Shown one piece after another: positions 57,781-64,000 of a DNA stretch of 64,000 nt. Position 1 is the first letter of the stretch. Every line of letters starts with the position of its first letter. The position numbers and the translations under genes are program-made. This DNA is from Candidatus Altimarinota bacterium (GTDB lineage: Bacteria > Patescibacteriota > Gracilibacteria > CAIRYL01): contig OZ252287.1 in the NCBI GenBank assembly GCA_965250085.1, positions 32,001 through 96,000 on the forward strand, written 5' to 3'. A model generated the notes under the pieces. It saw only the letters and a program-made list of their open reading frames with translations, was not told the DNA's origin and searched no databases.

Positions 57781-58584
57781 ATGATAGCTTCATTTTTGAT
57801 CACATTTCGGGAAGGGCTAGAAGCTGCTGTCATCGTGGGTATTTTGCTCTCGACACTTCGTATGATGGGAGCTTATAAGAAGGAAATATTTATTTGGATT
57901 GGTGCTTTGAGTGGAGTCCTTATGAGCTTTATTTTTGCTGCCACTTTTGAAGCCTTTTTTGGGGGTTTTACGGGAACTGCAGAAAAAATTTATGAAGGTG
58001 CCCTCATGTTTATTGGATTTGTGGTGATTACTCATGTCATTATTTGGCTTCGAAAATATGGAAGAACTTTTCGCAAGAAGATCGAAAAAGATGTTCAAAA
58101 AGCTCTCCAAAAAAAAGAAATTTGGATTATTGCAATACTGGCGTTTACCGCTGTGGTGAGAGAAGGAATAGAAACAGTTATTTTTCTCAAAGCACTGAGT
58201 ATCCAAAGTGAAGGAACACTCTCTCTTTGGGGCGGATTTTTGGGTCTGGTAGCTGCGGTAAGCTTGGCGGGAATTATTTTTTTGAGTTCTCGCAACATTT
58301 CTCCCAAAAAGTTCTTTCAAGTAACCGGATATCTTTTACTCTTTATTGCCGGAGGCTTGCTTGCTCATAGTGTTGTAGAATTCCAAGGAGCGGGAATACT
58401 GCCGACTGTTATGAAGCCGGTTTATAATTTAGAATCAATCTTGAGCGAAAAAGAAGGCATCGGATCGTTTTTAAAAGCGCTGTTTGGGTATGATTCAAAT
58501 CCATCATTATTCGCTGTTATTGCGTATATACTCTATTTTTCAATTCTTTTTTCCTTCTTTCACAGAGAGCAAAGAAGTGCTTGA
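57781..58584 (+). CDS. FTR1/EfeU iron permease
   Basis: Two RExxE motifs (REGLE, REGIE), multiple TM helices. Confidence 0.92.
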   Translation: MIASFLITFREGLEAAVIVGILLSTLRMMGAYKKEIFIWIGALSGVLMSFIFAATFEAFFGGFTGTAEKIYEGALMFIGFVVITHVIIWLRKYGRTFRKKIEKDVQKALQKKEIWIIAILAFTAVVREGIETVIFLKALSIQSEGTLSLWGGFLGLVAAVSLAGIIFLSSRNISPKKFFQVTGYLLLFIAGGLLAHSVVEFQGAGILPTVMKPVYNLESILSEKEGIGSFLKALFGYDSNPSLFAVIAYILYFSILFSFFHREQRSA

Positions 58585-58681
58585 GATATATATCTTACGC
58601 GGTCCTATTTTCTTGCTGTTTACTGCTTTTTTTGAGGAGAAAAAGTATCTATTCATGAAAATTCCGTATTTTGAAAATATA

Positions 58682-58951
58682 TCAATTTTCGGTTTGATCT
58701 CCCCATCTCCATCTCAAATCTCCATCACACTTTTTTTCTGAAAAATAACTAAAGACTCCAATGAGAAGAAACAGGTCTAATAGAAATCTTAGAATATCTG
58801 ATCGCGTCGAGAGTCCATTTAATACCTGATTGATATGCGCTGAAGAAAACACCAAAAGAAGAAGAGCGACAGTCATCAACCATCCTTCCCAACTGACCGG
58901 CATAAAGCCCCAGCCGTATCTTTTTGGTTTGAACCAATATTTTTGAGACAT
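58682..58951 (-). CDS. Small membrane protein
   Basis: YWFKPKRYGWG..P.SWEGW plus two TM helices. Confidence 0.7.
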   Translation of the reverse strand: MSQKYWFKPKRYGWGFMPVSWEGWLMTVALLLLVFSSAHINQVLNGLSTRSDILRFLLDLFLLIGVFSYFSEKKCDGDLRWRWGDQTEN

Positions 58952-58966
58952 GACTTTAAGGAAAAA

Positions 58967-59383
58967 TTAATTTTTCCCTCCTGCTTTGTGGTGCATATAA
59001 TAAGCTGCTACCAAAACAAGCAGAGAAGGGAGATACTCTGTGCCAACTTTTGCGGTATTTCCATTATATTGCTGCCCAAAAACAAAAGAGAGATATATGA
59101 GAGCAATACCAAGATATGCTTTTTTTGCATGAAAGTTGAACAGCAGCATTACACCAAAAATAAATTCTGCGGCAGGAATGATATACCCATATGCATACAA
59201 AAGTGCATGAGGAATCTCTGCAGAGAGAAGGTCTTCAGCAGCGACAAGTCCCTCGGCAAAACCACCATATCCCATTCGGAATTTCTTGACTGCTACCAGA
59301 ATAAAAAGCAGGGCAAAAGCAATACGAAGTATTGTTGCACCAAAGTATAAGGGATCTTTGAGAAGTTTCTTGATGTGTTTCAT
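58967..59383 (-). CDS. DoxX family membrane protein
   Basis: LRIAFALLF...K, P.AEFIFG..LL, four TM helices. Confidence 0.75.
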   Translation of the reverse strand: MKHIKKLLKDPLYFGATILRIAFALLFILVAVKKFRMGYGGFAEGLVAAEDLLSAEIPHALLYAYGYIIPAAEFIFGVMLLFNFHAKKAYLGIALIYLSFVFGQQYNGNTAKVGTEYLPSLLVLVAAYYMHHKAGGKN

Positions 59384-59434
59384 AAGAAAAGAGATAAAAG
59401 AGAAAAATATTTTTTTGTATAATTTTCGAAAAAC

Positions 59435-59468
59435 AAATCCCCCTAACCCCCTTTTTCAAAGGGGGAAG
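59435..59468. repeat. CCCCTT..AAGGGG palindromic element
   Basis: aaatccccctaaccccctttttcaaagggggaag. Confidence 0.8.
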
Positions 59469-59474
59469 ATATTT

Positions 59475-60020
59475 TTATTCCTCCTTCCATTTAATCGAAC
59501 ATCCCATGCTGGGCTTTTGATCTTCTTCAGGAACCTGTTCGTTATTGAGTGTTTTGGAAATAGCATCGGCCAAATCTCTTTTTCTCACATTTTCCGATTC
59601 TTTCCAATTATCATCAATACGTCCTCGATATATAAGCTCTTTATTCGCATCATATACAAAGATATCTGGAGTGCATACAGCTCCATACTCTCTCGCAACT
59701 TCCTGAGATTCATCATAGAGGTAGGGAAACTCTATCGAAAGTTTCTTCATGTTCTCAAAGGAATCTTCGGGATAACCAGTAGCATCATTTGCATTGATCC
59801 CTACAAATTGTACGTTTTGATCGTGAAATTCTTCAGAAAGCCTATTGAGTCTTTGTAGAACCGCCTGAACATACGGGCAGTGATTGCACATAAACACTAT
59901 CACAAGTATCTTTGCCTCCTGAAAGGAATTGAGGCTATATGTGTTGCCATCTGTTCCCGGAAGTGAAAACTCATGTGCATGTATCCCGAGTGGAGTTTTG
60001 GAAGATTCGAGCGACACCAT
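59475..60020 (-). CDS. Thioredoxin-family (AhpC/TSA-like) protein
   Basis: FMCNHCPYV, INAND, YGAVCTPD, YRGRIDD, SMGCSIKW. Confidence 0.9.
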   Translation of the reverse strand: MVSLESSKTPLGIHAHEFSLPGTDGNTYSLNSFQEAKILVIVFMCNHCPYVQAVLQRLNRLSEEFHDQNVQFVGINANDATGYPEDSFENMKKLSIEFPYLYDESQEVAREYGAVCTPDIFVYDANKELIYRGRIDDNWKESENVRKRDLADAISKTLNNEQVPEEDQKPSMGCSIKWKEE

Positions 60021-60181
60021 TTTGTGAAGATCAAAAAGAAAATTTTCCCAAAAAAGTCAGTGTCGATTGTACTTCAAACACGTACAAAGAGCAAGATGCA
60101 AGTAGCTTCCAAAGAGATATCCCTTGATCGTTTAGAAAGAATCTTTACAATATTGACAAGCTTTTGATCTTATAAAATATT

Positions 60182-60349
60182 ATGAGAGGTTCAGTGTATG
60201 CATTTAGCAAGAGAGGAACGATATGTTCATCTCAAAGGTCAGTAGAAGAGATTACAGTGAAAGACATTTTTCCTCCTCTTCCAACGTTGTCATCACTAAG
60301 CCAGAAAATTTCTATTATCATGGACAGCGTTCGAAGACGAATACAATGA
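60182..60349 (+). CDS. Possible 55-aa ORFan (below the ORF-track cutoff)
   Basis: MRGSVYAFSKRG...IIMDSVRRRIQ*, with TTGACA at ~60153 upstream. Confidence 0.35.
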   Translation: MRGSVYAFSKRGTICSSQRSVEEITVKDIFPPLPTLSSLSQKISIIMDSVRRRIQ

Positions 60350-60393
60350 ACAAGAACTGCAAAACAATAGGAACTCTTTAGATCTCTTCTTTT

Positions 60394-61800
60394 ATGCTTA
60401 CTTCTCATATTTTCCGTGCCTACGATATTCGCGGTATTTACAAAGCTGATTTTGACGCCACTGGAGCAGAACTTATTGGGAAAGGATATGGAACCTATCT
60501 CCGCAAGCTCTATGGAAATGGAAAACTCACTATTGTACTGGGTCGTGATGGAAGAAACGCTGGAGCAATATTGGAAGAAGGATTTATAGAAGGAGTGCTT
60601 TCTACGGGTATCAATGTGGTTCAGATTGGTATGATCCCTTCACCACTTCTTTATTTTGCTATCTGTGATGGTGGTTTTGATGGAGGAGTAGCGATAACAG
60701 CAAGTCATAATCCAAAAGAGTATAATGGGTTTAAGCTTCAAAAACGTGAGGCGCACGCTATTTGTGGCGATCAGATCCAGGAGATTTTGCAGATTATTGA
60801 GAAGGAAGACTTTTTTGTATCCTCAGAAGAGGGGGATGTGCGCAAACAGGACTTTGCAAATTCTTATTTTGAGAAGGTAGCTACTCTTGCCAATATTGAT
60901 GTTTCAGGTGGTTCGCCGAAGATGGTGATTGATGCGGGAAATGGTATCATGGGGAACTATGCGCCTGAGTTTTTTCGCAATGTAGGATGTGAAGTCATAG
61001 AGCTTTTTTGTGATGTGGATGGGAGTTTTCCCAATCATGAAGCTGATCCTGAGCGAGAAGAAAATCTACAGGATCTTAAGCAGAAGGTTTTGGAGATAAA
61101 AGCAGACTTTGGGTTGGCTTTTGATGGAGATGGAGACCGAGTAGGCCTTTTGGATTCAGAGGGGAATCATTATTCGGCAGATTTACTACTACTACTTCTT
61201 TCTCGAGATTTGCTCTCCCGAAATCCAGGAGCATCTATTGTATTTGATCTCAAATCCACTGATGTGCTTCGAGAGGAAATTGAACGTCTGGGCGGCAAAG
61301 CCTTGATGTGTAAAACGGGACACTCATTTGTAGAAAAGATGATGGAAGAAAGCGGTTCTCTTCTTGGAGGAGAGGTCTCAGGACACCTCTTTTTTGCAGA
61401 AAATTATTACGGAGTAGATGATGCTCTTCTTGCTTCATATAAACTCATCAGTATTTTATGGAACTCTCAAAAATCTGTACGAGAGCACCTGTCAAATCTT
61501 CCGAAAACATTTGTAACACCAGAAATAAAAGTAAAAATTTCAGAAGAGAAAAAATTTGAAATTATGGATCAAATTATCGAACACTTTGTCGCAGAATATC
61601 CTGACGCGCTTACCATAGATGGAGTGCGAATCGATTTTGAAGAAGATGGAGCATGGGGAATAGTGAGAGCTTCCAATACTTCTCCCTATCTCACCACTCG
61701 ATTTGAAGCTCGCTCTCAGGAAAAACTTGATGAAATCCAAAAAATCGTGTTTGATCATTTGAAAAAATATGAGGAAATTGAGGGAGTTCCTGAGGTATGA
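60394..61800 (+). CDS. Phosphomannomutase/phosphoglucomutase
   Basis: FRAYDIRG, TASHNP, FDGDGDR, GEVSGH, DGVR, RASNT. Confidence 0.94.
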   Translation: MLTSHIFRAYDIRGIYKADFDATGAELIGKGYGTYLRKLYGNGKLTIVLGRDGRNAGAILEEGFIEGVLSTGINVVQIGMIPSPLLYFAICDGGFDGGVAITASHNPKEYNGFKLQKREAHAICGDQIQEILQIIEKEDFFVSSEEGDVRKQDFANSYFEKVATLANIDVSGGSPKMVIDAGNGIMGNYAPEFFRNVGCEVIELFCDVDGSFPNHEADPEREENLQDLKQKVLEIKADFGLAFDGDGDRVGLLDSEGNHYSADLLLLLLSRDLLSRNPGASIVFDLKSTDVLREEIERLGGKALMCKTGHSFVEKMMEESGSLLGGEVSGHLFFAENYYGVDDALLASYKLISILWNSQKSVREHLSNLPKTFVTPEIKVKISEEKKFEIMDQIIEHFVAEYPDALTIDGVRIDFEEDGAWGIVRASNTSPYLTTRFEARSQEKLDEIQKIVFDHLKKYEEIEGVPEV

Positions 61801-61806
61801 TTATAA

Positions 61807-62403
61807 ATGGTCAATTATGAATTACGAATGAATAAAGATTTTTCTAAACTTCATTGTGAACTTACTACTAATCGCTTGCTTCTCAGGCCGGTTGAAATTT
61901 TGGATGCTGAAAAAATATGGCCGTATGTTTCTGAGCCTGGATTTCCTAAATATATGAGTTGGGAAGCTCATAAAGATATTGGTGAAACGCGAAAATTTTG
62001 TAAAAACTGCGTGCAGAATTTTACAAAAGGGAAGGGGATTACGTGGTCAATTTTTCTCAGAGAAACGGAAGAATTTTGTGGTGTTATAGGACTCGATGGT
62101 GTGATTTGGAATATTAATGCGTTTCAAACGGGAGGGCGAGCAGAGATGGGATACTGGATTGGAGAAAAATTTTGGGGGCAGGAAATAGTTCTGGAAGCGG
62201 CAAGATCAGTACTGCAATTTGCATTTCACAAAATTGGATTTCGGAAAGTGACGGTGAGTCACATTACCGAAAATCATCAGTCTCAGAGAGTGATAGAAAA
62301 ACTCAAGTTTCGATACATTGGCGAGCAAAAAGACGAATGCTTCAAAAACAATGCTTGGTACGATGATAAGGTCTATGAAATGCTGGAGAGGGAGTTTCAG
62401 TAA
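61807..62403 (+). CDS. GNAT (RimJ/RimL-like) N-acetyltransferase
   Basis: TNRLLLRP, EMGYWI..KFWGQ, N..SQRVIEKL.F; true start may be ATG 61828. Confidence 0.85.
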   Translation: MVNYELRMNKDFSKLHCELTTNRLLLRPVEILDAEKIWPYVSEPGFPKYMSWEAHKDIGETRKFCKNCVQNFTKGKGITWSIFLRETEEFCGVIGLDGVIWNINAFQTGGRAEMGYWIGEKFWGQEIVLEAARSVLQFAFHKIGFRKVTVSHITENHQSQRVIEKLKFRYIGEQKDECFKNNAWYDDKVYEMLEREFQ

Positions 62404-62576
62404 GTTTCTGTAATTCTCTTAGAAGTTTGATGTGGGTATGTCACTTGACACAGGGAAAATGACATAAGAAAATAAAAGTTGTATAAATGTCCCGCATTCT
62501 GGGGTGAAGTGCACCACAGAATGCGGGTATCACAAGTGAAAGAACTCTATACCACATATCAGATACTGACTTAAGA

Positions 62577-63227
62577 ATGCTCGGGGGCTCTTTTTTTGGT
62601 GTTCCAATGATAAATGACGCAGGTGTTCAAGAGTATAAACATTTATTCTGGGAGAGCGATCTTTTTTCTTCTCCTTCATGGAACGATTTCACTTTCGAAG
62701 ATTTTCTTGAAACAGTTAAATCGAATGAGTTGCTTCATTCTGTTCTTTATAAAGAATATGGATTCCCTAGCCTTGCAGAAAAAATCCCTTGGTCCGAAAT
62801 TGATCTTTCTGACATAGACATAATAAACGATCAACAAGCAAATGAATTTTTATCAGATGTGGCAAGCCTCAATACGGATCCTCGTTATATTTTTGTTATT
62901 ATCAGAAAGGTTTTATTTCGTCTTTCAGCTATGGAAGATGGTTCTTTAGAAATAACACATGATCAATATCGTTATTCTAATATGGCTTGTTTGAAAGAAC
63001 TATCCACTATTTTTAGAGAATTAGGGAGAGATGAAGAACTCGGAAGGATTTTAATGAATGCCGCAACAACAGAGGAAGATTCGGAAGTTGATAAACACCT
63101 CAAGACCATTCTCGAAGTCTTAACTCCCGAGCATCTGGAGTTCATAAGAGATGCTTTTACCGTACGCGGAAAAAAACTTATGGAAGTGATGGATCGTCAC
63201 AACATGATGAAGTCAAAAGATTTATGA
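62577..63227 (+). CDS. Hypothetical protein (ORFan)
   Basis: 216-aa ORF; in-frame upstream ATG 62487 is interrupted by TGA inside a hairpin. Confidence 0.6.
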   Translation: MLGGSFFGVPMINDAGVQEYKHLFWESDLFSSPSWNDFTFEDFLETVKSNELLHSVLYKEYGFPSLAEKIPWSEIDLSDIDIINDQQANEFLSDVASLNTDPRYIFVIIRKVLFRLSAMEDGSLEITHDQYRYSNMACLKELSTIFRELGRDEELGRILMNAATTEEDSEVDKHLKTILEVLTPEHLEFIRDAFTVRGKKLMEVMDRHNMMKSKDL

Positions 63228-63247
63228 AATACTGAAGAGTAAAAATA

Positions 63248-63321
63248 AACCCACCTATAGCCTCCCTTTACAAGGGAGGAATAATTTTCTCTCCCCTTGA
63301 AAAGGGGAGTTGGAGGGGTTT
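63248..63321. repeat. Pair of palindromic elements between convergent genes
   Basis: cccacctatagcctccctttacaagggagg + ctccccttgaaaaggggagttggagggg; reverse complement of the 10500 arrangement. Confidence 0.85.
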
Positions 63322-63339
63322 AAGTCTAAGATGATAAGA

Positions 63340-63969
63340 TCACAAATACTGCTCTCCCCAAGCTTTCGGATCTTTTTGAAACTCCATAATCCTTTCCACA
63401 TCATTCCGAGAAATATCTTCTCGCTCAACAGCGAGAGGTATGATCTCTGAAAATCCGGTAAGACTCACAGCATCAATATTGGCTTTCTCAAAATTTGCTT
63501 CGGCAAGTGGAAGATCCCAACTCATAATGGAAACAGCTCCCAATACTTCACTTTTTCCTTCGTTTTGCACTGCTTCTGCAGAAGCAATGACACTCCCTCC
63601 AGTAGAGAAGAGATCTTCTACAACTACTACTTTTGAGTTTTTTTCTAAAAATCCTTCAATTTGTTTTTTGGCACCATGCTCTTTTGGTTTTGGGCGGATA
63701 TATACCATGGGGAGCTTCATTTTAGCAGCTACAAATGCTGCCCATGAAATGGCGGCAGTAGCAGTTCCAGCAATAGCATCAGGATGCCATTTATTTTGTT
63801 CAATTTTTTTGATCAATGCTGCAATAATTTGTTCTCTTTCTTCTACAAATCCAGTCATAAGACGATTGTCGCAATAGACCGGAGATACAATGCCACTGGT
63901 CCACTCAAATGGGGGATCGAGAGAGACTCGAACCGCATTTTTTTGGAGTAGAAGAGAGGCAATGCTCAT
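63340..63969 (-). CDS. pyrE: Orotate phosphoribosyltransferase
   Basis: WTSGIVSPVYCDNR, RPKPKEHG, VVVEDLFSTGGS. Confidence 0.95.
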   Translation of the reverse strand: MSIASLLLQKNAVRVSLDPPFEWTSGIVSPVYCDNRLMTGFVEEREQIIAALIKKIEQNKWHPDAIAGTATAAISWAAFVAAKMKLPMVYIRPKPKEHGAKKQIEGFLEKNSKVVVVEDLFSTGGSVIASAEAVQNEGKSEVLGAVSIMSWDLPLAEANFEKANIDAVSLTGFSEIIPLAVEREDISRNDVERIMEFQKDPKAWGEQYL

Positions 63970-64000
63970 ACAGTATCTTACTTAAGGCTTACAATCCGAT

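Noticed and set aside
1-64000. Genetic code 25 (UGA=Gly) as in some Gracilibacteria
   Set aside because: Gly-rich conserved genes are intact under code 11 and several end in TGA at expected positions, for example the murD/rsmG ATGA overlap.

Overview
A gene-dense chromosomal window of an AT-rich bacterium using genetic code 11. It is most consistent with a CPR/Patescibacteria lineage, probably Peregrinibacteria-like; this is an inference from gene content, ORFan style and repeat families. Housekeeping and metabolic genes include rsmI, pilB-like ATPase, DHH/NrnA, efp, ispG, nadB, NAD kinase, proA, aroC, serA/serB-like, rfbA/rfbD, recG, a Xer-type recombinase, murI, rsmA, murD, rsmG, rlmE, FTR1, PGM/PMM and pyrE. 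These are interspersed with large modular surface proteins, ORFans with strong sigma70-type promoters, tRNA-Arg(TCT) with 5' and 3' end duplications next to a HicB/HicA-like pair, and several families of short palindromic or heptamer repeats, some inserted in-frame in genes. The most notable item is a surface-protein set. A 2327-aa DUF11/Ig protein has a paralog split into two same-frame genes (615 + 876 aa). The split falls inside a DUF11 domain, and the missing last beta-strand appears at the N-terminus of the second protein behind a pilin-like leader. The two loci also share an ~830-bp mosaic module with a 500-bp identical core. Separately, an FG-GAP/SLH gene is bracketed by a 22-bp direct repeat whose right copy forms a 10-6-10 inverted-repeat site. 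No CRISPR array, rRNA, DGR or transposase was seen. All product calls are from motif recognition by eye, not database searches.
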